Positions 1-8,661 of a DNA stretch of 64,000 bases are shown piece after piece. Positions within the stretch are counted from its first letter, which is position 1. Every line of letters starts with the position of its first letter. The stretch is from Myxococcales bacterium (GTDB lineage: Bacteria > Desulfobacterota > Binatia > UTPRO1 > JBBIJE01), in contig JBBIJE010000015.1 in the NCBI GenBank assembly GCA_037446155.1, positions 11,318 to 75,317 of the forward strand. Direction: 5' to 3'. A model generated the notes under the pieces. The model was given only the letters and a program-made list of their open reading frames with translations, ran no database searches and had not been told where the DNA came from. The position numbers and the translations under genes were made by a program.

Positions 1-524
1 TCGCCATCGGTCGAAGCCCCGCGAGCTTGCCTTGCCGCGAGCTTTCCGATCACGCCGCCCAAGGGGACGAGACGAGCCGGGCCGAGGAAAAGATCAGGAT
101 CCGATGGACTGTCGGATAGCGCCTCGTCGGCGGGAATTCCGTCGCTCGGGTCGCGCTCGATCTCGAAGCGCATGACGAGATCCGCATTGGGCACTCCCTT
201 CCCTTGCGCGTACACCATACGGTTGCCCAAGCGGTCCGTCTCGATAGAGTGGGGCCAGGGGAAGTCGATCGCCGCGGCAAGCACCCGCTGGTACTTGGTA
301 TCTTTGGGGTAAGGTACCCAGATCCTAAAATCGGTTGTGGCGGGGGCCGAGACCGCGGCGAAATCCACCCGATACTCGAACTTGTAGCGGGCGGTCCCCT
401 TCCAGGGGTCGGCCACCCCAGCACCCCCGCACGCCGGCCATAGGGGTCCGACGAGCAGGGCCGAGGCCCAGGTTGCGAGGAGAATCAGGCGGTTTCCAGC
501 CCGCGTCGCGAATATGTCCTTCAT
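1..524 (-). CDS. Secreted transglutaminase-like domain protein (3' end outside window)
   Basis: Not in the ORF track because it is open at the edge. Manual translation from ATG at 524 gives MKDIFATRAGNRLILLATWASALLVGPLW... (signal-like), then FRIWVPYPKD, DRLGNRMVY and FLGPARLVPLGGVIGKLA, typical of the N-terminal half of transglutaminase-like proteins. The catalytic region lies outside the window. Confidence 0.65.
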   Translation of the reverse strand, partial: MKDIFATRAGNRLILLATWASALLVGPLWPACGGAGVADPWKGTARYKFEYRVDFAAVSAPATTDFRIWVPYPKDTKYQRVLAAAIDFPWPHSIETDRLGNRMVYAQGKGVPNADLVMRFEIERDPSDGIPADEALSDSPSDPDLFLGPARLVPLGGVIGKLAARQARGASTDG

Positions 525-883
525 ACGTGCTTTCCTGGTTCCCCTTCCCGCCGAGACCTTCTGGTAGGCTCGACCTACGGAAGAGGACCGGCGCCGAGTG
601 GCTTGTCTTGAGTTGCTATCGACGATACGGCACGCGCTCGCGCCCGTACCTTCAAGTGAAACCGCTTGGCTGCGGCTGTCGCCAGATTCGAGAAGGCATT
701 GCCGTCCTGCCAATGGGAACGTTTCAGGATGTCAAGGCCGGTCCTCGGCGGTTCGCGACCCGTTTTCGCAGACGTTGGGTAGCTAAGCCGCGATCGATCC
801 TTCCAGAAGCTCCCGGCGAGCTTGCGCCGCTCCGGCCCGGATTTTGCCCATCTCGGCAAAGATCCTCGCGCGGCTCTTCCCCC

Positions 884-3394
884 CTAGCTTCGGGCCGCGT
901 CTCGTAGCAGGGGCTCGCGCTCCGCCAGTTCCCCCTCCTGTCCGACGGAAGCGCTGATACGCATCCCGTAAAAAGATCGCCAGACGAAAAAAAGCGAGAT
1001 CGCCAGAAAAACGCACCCCAGCAAAGCGCTCGTTAGACGACTCAACGCCAGGGCGAATTCCACCGCCAGTAGCCCGAAGAGGGTCGTGAACTTGATGACC
1101 GGGTTCATCGCCACCGAGGAAGTGTCTTTGAACGGATCACCTACCGTGTCCCCGACAACGGTCGCCGCGTGAAGGGCGGTCCCCTTTTCCCGAAGGTCGA
1201 CCTCGACTACCTTCTTGGCGTTGTCCCACGCAGCCCCCGCGTTGGCCATGAAGATCGCCTGGAAAAGCCCGAACAAGGCGATCGAAATCAGGTAGCCGAT
1301 GAACAGGTACGGGTCGAGACAGGAAAACGCGAGAGTGCTGAAAAACACGGTCAAGAAAACATTGAACATTCCCCTTTGCGCGTACTGGGTGCATATCTCG
1401 ACGACCCGCCTGCTATCGTCGAGCGAGGCCCTGGTCGTGCCCTCGAGGCGGATGTGCCGCTTGATGAACTCCACCGCTCGATACGCCCCCGTGGAAACCG
1501 CTTGGGTAGATGCGCCGGTGAACCAATAGATGGCGGCGCCGCCGCTGATCATTCCGAGCAGGAAGGGGGGATGGAGAATCGACAACTTCTGGATGCCTTG
1601 GGTCAAGCCGTGGGTCAGGAGCATGATGATAGAAAAAACCATCGTCGTCGCGCCCACCACGGCCGTCCCGATAAGGACCGGTTTGGCGGTTGCCTTGAAG
1701 GTATTTCCCGCGCCGTCGTTGGACTCCAGAAGCTGCTTGGCTCGGTCGAAGTCCACGCTGAAACCGTGGTCGCGCTCGAGTTCTTCGCGAATCCCGGGGA
1801 GCGTTTCGATCACCGAAAGCTCGAAAACCGACTGAGCGTTGTCGGTGACCGGACCGTAAGAATCCACGGCGATAGTCACCGGCCCCATCCCCAGAAAGCC
1901 GAAGGCGAGGAGCCCGAAGGCGAAAACGGCCGGCGCAATCATGACGTCGGAAAAGCCCGCGCTGCTCATGCCATAGGCGATGGCCATGAGGAGCAAAATG
2001 CTCGCACCTATCCAGTAAGAGCTGAAATTGCCGGCGACGAATCCCGAGAGGATGTTAAGAGAGGCGCCCCCCTCTCGGGTCGAAGCTACGACCTCGCGAA
2101 CGTGTCCGGACTCCGTGGATGCAAATACCTTCACCAGCTCCGGGATCATGGCTCCCGCCAACGTCCCACAGGAAATCACGCTGGCAAGCCTCCACCATAG
2201 GGTCGGGTTTCCTCCGAGACCGGGGATGAGGAGATAGGAAACCAGGTAGGTCAGCGCGATCGAGACGCCCGAGGTGATCCACACCAAAGAGGTCAGAGGC
2301 GACTCGAAACTCATTCGGTCCGCATGCCCGAAGCGAAGCCGCGCCAGCAGGTCGTTCAAGTGGTAGGAAAGGCCACTGGCTAGGATCATCATCACCCTCA
2401 TTACGAAGATCCACACGAGCAGCTCGACCTGCACTTGCGCTTGCGGGACGGCGAGAACGACGAAGGTGATCAACGCAACGCCCGTTACCCCGTACGTCTC
2501 GAACCCGTCCGCGGTCGGCCCCACCGAGTCGCCCGCGTTGTCTCCCGTGCAGTCGGCGATCACGCCGGGATTGCGGGCGTCGTCCTCCTTGATATTGAAC
2601 ACGATCTTCATGAGGTCCGATCCGATGTCCGCGATCTTCGTGAAGATCCCCCCGGCGATGCGTAAAGCCGCCGCCCCCAGAGATTCGCCGATCGCAAAGC
2701 CGATGAAACATGGGCCGGCGTAGTCGCCGGGAACGAAGAGCAGGATGCAGAGCATTATGAAAAGCTCCACGCTGATGAGCGCCATCCCGATGCTGAGACC
2801 CGCTTCGAGCGGAATGTGGTAGACGGGAAAGGGCTTGCCGCGCAGACCTGCGAAGGCGGTTCGGGAGGTGGCAAGCGTGTTGATTCTGATGCCGAGCCAG
2901 GCCACGCCATAACTTCCGGCGATCCCGACCAGGCTGAAGATGAGAATAGTGCATACCCTTGCCGGCGTGAACTGAAGGAGCACGCCGAAGTAAGCCACGA
3001 TCATGACGCCGACGAAGGTCTCGAGGAGAAGGAGAAACTTTCCCTGGGTCAGGAGGTAGGTTTTACAGGTTTCGTATATCAAGTCCGATACCTCCTGCAA
3101 CGAGCGATGCACCGGAAGCTTGCGGAGCTTGGCGAACGTGGCTAGTCCGAAGGCGAGTCCGAGCGCGCAGATGATGAGGCCGAGGCTAAGGACGGCCCTT
3201 CCACTCATGCCCCAGAAACTCACCGAATCGAGATCGGGAAGAACGAGCTCTGCTTCGCTCGCTCCCGCTGGCGTGGCCCCGAGCACTACGGTAAAAGCGA
3301 CCATAGCCGGAAGCACAAACGAGATCAGTGCGCGGGCTCTGCGCCCAAACCCCGCAAGCGACGCCGGTGTGTGGTCAGACGGTCTTGAATACAT
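884..3394 (-). CDS. hppA: Membrane-bound proton-translocating pyrophosphatase (V-type H+-PPase), K+-independent signature
   Basis: Motifs GGIFTKIADIGSDL, EDDARNPGVIADCTGDNAGD, DSYGPVTDNA, GNTFKA, GDTVGDPFKDTS; many TM helices. ATG at 3394 follows a GGAGAGG RBS. Confidence 0.95.
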   Translation of the reverse strand: MYSRPSDHTPASLAGFGRRARALISFVLPAMVAFTVVLGATPAGASEAELVLPDLDSVSFWGMSGRAVLSLGLIICALGLAFGLATFAKLRKLPVHRSLQEVSDLIYETCKTYLLTQGKFLLLLETFVGVMIVAYFGVLLQFTPARVCTILIFSLVGIAGSYGVAWLGIRINTLATSRTAFAGLRGKPFPVYHIPLEAGLSIGMALISVELFIMLCILLFVPGDYAGPCFIGFAIGESLGAAALRIAGGIFTKIADIGSDLMKIVFNIKEDDARNPGVIADCTGDNAGDSVGPTADGFETYGVTGVALITFVVLAVPQAQVQVELLVWIFVMRVMMILASGLSYHLNDLLARLRFGHADRMSFESPLTSLVWITSGVSIALTYLVSYLLIPGLGGNPTLWWRLASVISCGTLAGAMIPELVKVFASTESGHVREVVASTREGGASLNILSGFVAGNFSSYWIGASILLLMAIAYGMSSAGFSDVMIAPAVFAFGLLAFGFLGMGPVTIAVDSYGPVTDNAQSVFELSVIETLPGIREELERDHGFSVDFDRAKQLLESNDGAGNTFKATAKPVLIGTAVVGATTMVFSIIMLLTHGLTQGIQKLSILHPPFLLGMISGGAAIYWFTGASTQAVSTGAYRAVEFIKRHIRLEGTTRASLDDSRRVVEICTQYAQRGMFNVFLTVFFSTLAFSCLDPYLFIGYLISIALFGLFQAIFMANAGAAWDNAKKVVEVDLREKGTALHAATVVGDTVGDPFKDTSSVAMNPVIKFTTLFGLLAVEFALALSRLTSALLGCVFLAISLFFVWRSFYGMRISASVGQEGELAEREPLLRDAARS

Positions 3395-3831
3395 GTTAAA
3401 ACACCTCTCCTTGGCTCTAAGCTCCCGGCCATAACTCGACACCTGCCCCGACCTCTTCGAGCCCTTGGAGCTGCCGCGAACTCCGGGCAAGGGGGCGCGA
3501 TGCGGTCGAGCGGCGGCGCAAGCGGCGGTCCTCCCGCCCTTTCCACGCTCGCCCCCTCGCCAAACCCCGACCCCAGCAGCCGTGCGGTCCGTGGGTAGGT
3601 TTCCGGCTGGAGCCAATAAACGCATGGCATTGTAGCGAAAGGGCAACGCTATAGCTAGGCCAGGCGCCCTAGGCCGACGTGTCGTGCTCGCCGCTCAGAG
3701 GGGGATAGAGCAGGGGACAAGGTGCCGCCCGAGGCTTCCGCCGTTGCGAGGGAACGTCTAGGGAAGCGGTGTCTGCTCGCGGACACTGGCACGGTTACAG
3801 GCCCCGCAATGGGCGAGCCCCACAGCCAAGG

Positions 3832-4614
3832 TCAATGCGAAGGACTAGACGGCTGTGGCGAATCCGTCCCGGCCTCTTTCGCATTGTCGTCCTGGGAGTG
3901 CAGGACGATAACGGAGACCCTGCGGTTTCCCGGATCCAGAGGGTTATTCGGGTTGTAAAGGCGCCGATCGGCGAACCCTCTCACCTGAATCACTTGATCG
4001 GGATTCAAGCCGGAAGCTTCCATTAGGCGCCGGGCGGCGTTGGCGCGATCGGCGGAAAGTTCCCAGTTGCCGTACTGGGCCCCGTTGGAGAACGGCTTGG
4101 AGTCGGTGTGGCCTTCTATCAAGACCTTGTTAGGCAATCGCCCCAGTTGCTGCGCCAGCATGACCAACAGTTCGCGACCTTTGTCGGTCGGTCGGGGGCT
4201 GCCGCTGTCGAAAAACATGCCCCTGGCGGTCTCCAGCAATTCTACGCGCAGCCCTTCCTTCCCAACTGTTAGCTGCACCTGATCGCGCAGCGCCTCATCT
4301 TGGGTCCACTTCGCGAGCTGGCTGGTGATTTCGTCCTTGAGCTTGCCCATCTCGTCCTTGCTCACCTTGATTTCCGGCGCCGCGCCCGTCTTCGCCGCGG
4401 CCACAGGGCGGGTCCGGTGGGAGGGATCGCGAAAGTACCCCCCCACGGCCTCTCGAATCTCTTTCTTGGTGTTCATTAGCCAAAGCACGATAAAAAGCGC
4501 CATCATCGCAGTCACGAAGTCGGCATAGGCCACCTTCCATGCCCCGCCATGGTGGCCTTGATGGACCACCTTCTTCTTCACGATCATCGCGGGTTGAGGT
4601 TTTGCGTCCGGCAT
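3832..4614 (-). CDS. motB: Flagellar motor stator protein MotB
   Basis: WKVAYADFVTAMMALF TM motif with the essential Asp; OmpA-like domain with EGHTD and NWELSADRANAARR. Confidence 0.95.
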   Translation of the reverse strand: MPDAKPQPAMIVKKKVVHQGHHGGAWKVAYADFVTAMMALFIVLWLMNTKKEIREAVGGYFRDPSHRTRPVAAAKTGAAPEIKVSKDEMGKLKDEITSQLAKWTQDEALRDQVQLTVGKEGLRVELLETARGMFFDSGSPRPTDKGRELLVMLAQQLGRLPNKVLIEGHTDSKPFSNGAQYGNWELSADRANAARRLMEASGLNPDQVIQVRGFADRRLYNPNNPLDPGNRRVSVIVLHSQDDNAKEAGTDSPQPSSPSH

Positions 4615-4620
4615 AGCGCA

Positions 4621-5499
4621 CTACGCGGCGGCAGCTTGTGCGGATGCACCGCCGGCCTTGCAAGCCTTTTCCAATTCTGGGAATGTCGGCCTTACCCGCG
4701 GAGGAATCGATCGCCTGGCAAATTCTACCGCTAGAATAGGCGGGCAACCTTTCACGAAGGACATTATGGCCACGCGAAGGCAATTATAATACTGGGCCTG
4801 AGCCTCGGCGGCCTTGGCCATCCTCGCCGCGAGCGGGCCGAAGAAGCCATAACACATGAGGATGCCAAGAAAGGTGCCAACCAGCGCGGCGGCGACTTTG
4901 TGCCCGATCTCCTCCGGCGGACCGCCAAGAGAGCCCATGGTAATCACCACACCGAGTACCGCGGCGACGATGCCAAGGCCAGGCAACGAATCCGCCATCG
5001 TAGTCAGGGCCGACGCGGGCGCATTGGTCTCGTGGTGGTGGACTTCCATGTCGAGCTCCATCATCTGGTCGAGTTGCAATGGTTCTACGCCGCCCATGAC
5101 CGCCACCCGCAGGGTGTCGCACACGAACTGAACCGTGTGGTGGTCCTTCAAGAAGCGAGGGTTCTTGGAGAATATCGCGCTCTTCTGTGGGTTCTCCACA
5201 TCTGCCTCGAGCGCAACCATTCCGCCCTTGCGGGCGTTGTTGAAGAGCGCATTTAGCATCTTGAGGCTATCCAAATAGAGATCCTTGGTGTACTTGCTGG
5301 GCAGGAAGACGCCGGCAATACCCCGTACCATCTCGAGCATAGTTGCGGGCGGGTTGGCGATGAGGATTGTTCCCAACGCCGCTCCCCCGATGATAACGAG
5401 TTCGGCCGGCTGTACGAGGACCAGCAAGACGCCTTTTTCCAAGAGGTACCCCCCGACCACAGCACAAACGACCACCAGTATCCCAAGGATCGCGAGCAC
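4621..5499 (-). CDS. motA: Flagellar motor stator protein MotA
   Basis: QPAELVIIGGAA, LPGLGIVAAVLGVV, ALVGTFLGILMCYG, AVEFARR; directly upstream of motB. Confidence 0.95.
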   Translation of the reverse strand: MLAILGILVVVCAVVGGYLLEKGVLLVLVQPAELVIIGGAALGTILIANPPATMLEMVRGIAGVFLPSKYTKDLYLDSLKMLNALFNNARKGGMVALEADVENPQKSAIFSKNPRFLKDHHTVQFVCDTLRVAVMGGVEPLQLDQMMELDMEVHHHETNAPASALTTMADSLPGLGIVAAVLGVVITMGSLGGPPEEIGHKVAAALVGTFLGILMCYGFFGPLAARMAKAAEAQAQYYNCLRVAIMSFVKGCPPILAVEFARRSIPPRVRPTFPELEKACKAGGASAQAAAA

Positions 5500-5524
5500 C
5501 GGCTACCTTCACCGTCCTCCTGGC

Positions 5525-5552
5525 ATATCGGCATCGGTTCGGCAGAGCTTTA
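5525..5552 (-). promoter_or_regulatory. Sigma-28 (FliA/SigD)-type promoter for motAB
   Basis: Minus strand reads TAAA-N16-GCCGATAT, ending 25 nt before the motA GTG. This matches the TAAA-N15/16-GCCGATAW consensus. Confidence 0.7.
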
Positions 5553-5721
5553 ACGTGCAACAGTCAGGTCGCCATGGCAGTCCGAGTCCTCGGGCGGGCC
5601 CATGTTCCGCGCCCGCCGGTCGCCACGTCGTTGCGGTCACTTCTGGCGCAACCTTGGGCGAGGGAGCTGGCCTGCGCCACCAGTCGCGGCTAAGTAATAG
5701 GTACGCGGACGTCGAGGGAGG

Positions 5722-5928
5722 CTAGCACTCGGCCGGCGAAGCGCCCTGCTGGTCCTGGATCTGGGTGGCGACTTCGACCTTTCGCACGCCCAAGAAGGAC
5801 AAAAGGTGGATCAGGGGCTCGGTCAGGACGGCTCCCTCCTCCGCTAGAAGGAAATCACCGCACACCACCTTCCGCGTCACCCTCATCCCCGCCTTGAGCT
5901 CCCGGCACTTCAAAAAGCTGCTGTACAT
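5722..5928 (-). CDS. Small hypothetical protein (68 aa) resembling the N-terminal module of HD-GYP proteins
   Basis: GGAGG RBS before ATG 5928. The sequence ELKAGMRVTRKV...LLAEEGAVLTEPLIHLLSFLGVRKVEV fits the LxxGMxxxxxV...LLxxGxxLTxxxIxxLxxxGIxxVxV pattern. Confidence 0.6.
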   Translation of the reverse strand: MYSSFLKCRELKAGMRVTRKVVCGDFLLAEEGAVLTEPLIHLLSFLGVRKVEVATQIQDQQGASPAEC

Positions 5929-6251
5929 CGCCTGCCTCCATTCCCTAACGGGAGGGCTCGAACTGCCTACCGTCGTGGCGTCCCATACCTTTTGTCGCGC
6001 AATGCAACCTCCGTACCAAGGAAGATCTGCCGGCTCCGAGAGCCGCTCGGTTGGAAGCGATCCTCCAAAGGACACCTCGACTTCGGGGGCAAAAAGCCCC
6101 CGCGTGCAGATAAAAGGGGGCAAGCCCGCCGCCCTTCAGAAAACGCTAGTGGGGTGTCGATTTTATGACGCTCGGTATGCTCGTTGACCCCCCGGGGTGG
6201 GCGAGAGCGCCGAGGCCGAAGGCCGGACCTGCCACAGAAGCGTAAGATGGT

Positions 6252-6291
6252 ATTCCCCGGGCAGGCCGCTTGAGTTGCCTGCCCGGGGAAT
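6252..6291 (-). terminator. Strong stem-loop downstream of the Cyc2-like gene
   Basis: Perfect 15-bp inverted repeat ATTCCCCGGGCAGGC / GCCTGCCCGGGGAAT, 16 nt after the stop codon. No clear U-tract. Confidence 0.6.
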
Positions 6292-6307
6292 GGATCGGTG
6301 AAGGAGC

Positions 6308-7513
6308 TTAGATCGCCAGGATGAAGAAGAGAGTCACGCGGCGCTCGGCCGGGTGATCCAGGCTAGTGAAGTACTCGAAGTTTGCCCGGAAATTCTCCGT
6401 GACGTAAACGCCGAGATTCGCGGTGAGGTCGGTTTCGTCGTTATCGCCGTCGTTTTTCTCGTAGCTATCGATCCTAAGAAGGGGGACGACCTGGAAGAGC
6501 GGGACGGGCAGATTCGCCAGGACATCGCCCCGCAACGTATAGAAAACCTCACCGTAGAAGACATCGTTCTCCTGGCTCGTCCTCCCGGGCAGCCCGGTGG
6601 CTCCGTCATCCTCGGCCCGCATCCAGGCGCTTCGCAAAGTGAGGCCGGCAAGCTCGAGATTGCCATCCACGCCCCAGCGCTGGAAGTCCTGGTCTTCTTC
6701 GCCACCGCTTATCGACTGGCGGCCGGTTATCGCGAAGCCCCCGATGGTAAGCTCCGGCAGCAAGTCGATCGCCAGTCTGCCCAGAAGATCCTGAGCGCCC
6801 GCTCCTTCGGGATCGTCGCGGTCGGCGGCGTAACTAAAGAGGTAGAAAATCTTGTTGATTATCGGGTCGCGGCCGTAAGCGCTTATAAACTGCTCGTTGT
6901 CCAGAAGGCGGGGCGCCCCCGGTGCCGTTCCCCGCTCGAAGATCGACGGGCGGCCGCGGGTGAGCCTAAGGCCGTCTCGGAGCGTGTTGTAAGGATCCGC
7001 CGTGAAGGCTGGACCCCAGCCACCCACCACGTTCATCGTCTGGTGCAGATGCAATCCGGCCCAGCCTGCCGCGAACTCGGGATCGAAATCGTTCTCGTCT
7101 TCCATCTCCAGCTCGCCGAAGAAGGAGCCGAATTTGCTGAAGTTGCCGGCTGCCATGACCTCGAACTCGTGGAGCGCCCTAAGCTTTGCGTCCCGATCCT
7201 TCTGGCGGTCGTAGGGCCTGGAGTTCAAAACCACCGCCACCGGCGGCACCGTCGGAAGCGAAAGGTAATCGTTGAGCTCCGTTTGCCCCTGCGGCTGCCC
7301 GCGCGATACCATGTACCCGTTTTCCTTGAATTGGCGGCCGAAGCTATTGAGCGAGGGCCAAGCGCTGTGGCACGCGGAGCAAGGCATCTCGTAGGCGCGC
7401 GCAAAAGCGGGAATCGCTTCGGCCGGCCGCGGGCTCACGAGACAGGCCGCTGCCGCGATCGCTAGCCCCGGGAGAAGAACAGACAGGCGACTGCTTGTTG
7501 TTGGTTTCACCAT
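6308..7513 (-). CDS. Cyc2-like fused monoheme cytochrome c / outer-membrane beta-barrel
   Basis: Signal peptide ending AEA, then IPAFARAYEMPCSACHSAWPSLNSFGRQFKENGY (AxPxFAR, CxxCH, PxL, GRxFK), followed by ~320 aa of amphipathic beta strands. AAGGAGG RBS. Confidence 0.8.
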   Translation of the reverse strand: MVKPTTSSRLSVLLPGLAIAAAACLVSPRPAEAIPAFARAYEMPCSACHSAWPSLNSFGRQFKENGYMVSRGQPQGQTELNDYLSLPTVPPVAVVLNSRPYDRQKDRDAKLRALHEFEVMAAGNFSKFGSFFGELEMEDENDFDPEFAAGWAGLHLHQTMNVVGGWGPAFTADPYNTLRDGLRLTRGRPSIFERGTAPGAPRLLDNEQFISAYGRDPIINKIFYLFSYAADRDDPEGAGAQDLLGRLAIDLLPELTIGGFAITGRQSISGGEEDQDFQRWGVDGNLELAGLTLRSAWMRAEDDGATGLPGRTSQENDVFYGEVFYTLRGDVLANLPVPLFQVVPLLRIDSYEKNDGDNDETDLTANLGVYVTENFRANFEYFTSLDHPAERRVTLFFILAI

Positions 7514-7723
7514 CGCAACCTCCTTTCCTAATCCACCTCTGCCCCTCCTGCTCGAAACCTTAAGCAGGTGGGCGACCCCACTTCCTTCAACCCAACGCGC
7601 CCATATCTGCTACGAACGGGTGTCCAAAGTCAAGAGAAAACCAAAAATTTTTTTTCGTCGGTTTCCCGGGTCTAACCGGTGCCCATTGACAGGGGGTGGG
7701 GCCGCCTAGTAGAAGCCACCGCC

Positions 7724-8578
7724 ATGGTGAGAAGCGCGGGGTGGGGTAAATTGGTGGCCTGCTGTATGGTTTTCCTCGGGGCAGGCTGTTCGCTTTCGGG
7801 CCCGCGGAGGCCCGACGTGTGGCCGGTCTCCTGCGAGGAGGCTCCCAAGCTTGCGGTAAGCACCCTGGAGGATTTGGGCTACCGCATAACCGGTCGTTTC
7901 GACCCGTCGGGAAAAGCCCAGGGCGTGGTAACGGCTAAAAAAGGCAGTGGCCGAGCGAAAGAGCGTGTAAGCGTCGTTCTTCGTTGCGAAACGGGTATTT
8001 TGAGCAAGACGGGCGATTCTGTCGAGGTCCTACCTCAAGCCATCGCGTGGCACCCGGGCAAATCGGAGTTCCCGGACCGTTTCAGAGGGCGATTTGCCGA
8101 GTATGCTGCCGGGACGGCAAAACCGATGGAGCGGCCCGCCGAGCAGCCGGGGCCGGTCGAGCTTTCCGCGGCTCTCCTTTCCGACGCTCAGGTGGAGCAG
8201 GAGTTCAACATACACCTTGGCCCGGCGGGGCTCAAAGCCGCCAAAGTAGAGGTGCGAAATCTGGGCGAGCGCCCATTTGTCATGTCGGCCGATCTTGCGC
8301 GGGTGAGGAAGCCGTCGGGCGAGACGATTTCGGCGGTGCCATTAAGGGAGGCGTCGAATCTGGTCGCGAGAAGCGGCGCAGGTAGCGGAAGGCAAATCTA
8401 CCAGGATCTCGAGCAAGCGTATCTGGGTCACCGCCTGCTAAAGCCGGGAGCGGAGCGCTCGGGCCTTCTATTTTTCTCGGGCTCGCCCGAGGGAAAACTT
8501 ACCCTTCCCGTGATGGATGCGGAATCGGGGGAGGCCAAGGAGCTCAACGCCCCGCTCCACCCCGCGGCGGGCCGGTAG
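7724..8578 (+). CDS. Hypothetical lipoprotein
   Basis: Lipobox-like LGAGC after a hydrophobic stretch; TTGACA at 7686-7691 upstream; divergent from the Cyc2-like gene. Confidence 0.65.
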   Translation: MVRSAGWGKLVACCMVFLGAGCSLSGPRRPDVWPVSCEEAPKLAVSTLEDLGYRITGRFDPSGKAQGVVTAKKGSGRAKERVSVVLRCETGILSKTGDSVEVLPQAIAWHPGKSEFPDRFRGRFAEYAAGTAKPMERPAEQPGPVELSAALLSDAQVEQEFNIHLGPAGLKAAKVEVRNLGERPFVMSADLARVRKPSGETISAVPLREASNLVARSGAGSGRQIYQDLEQAYLGHRLLKPGAERSGLLFFSGSPEGKLTLPVMDAESGEAKELNAPLHPAAGR

Positions 8579-8661
8579 CCTTTTCGGAGGCTGCTCGGCG
8601 CTCCTTGGGCAGGCCGATCGCGCTCCTAGCAATTCACGAAACCGGCTGCGCGAGCGCTCTT

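Noticed and set aside
3395-3646. N-terminal extensions given by the ORF track for hppA (also ppc, mgtC, the second NHL gene and others)
   Set aside because: Downstream starts have better RBSs and coincide with where family similarity begins. Several extensions overlap neighbouring genes.
3832-5499. MotA/MotB pair as Zorya (ZorAB) anti-phage system
   Set aside because: MotA is normal length with no long helical tail, there are no zorC/D/E genes, and a sigma-28 promoter is present.
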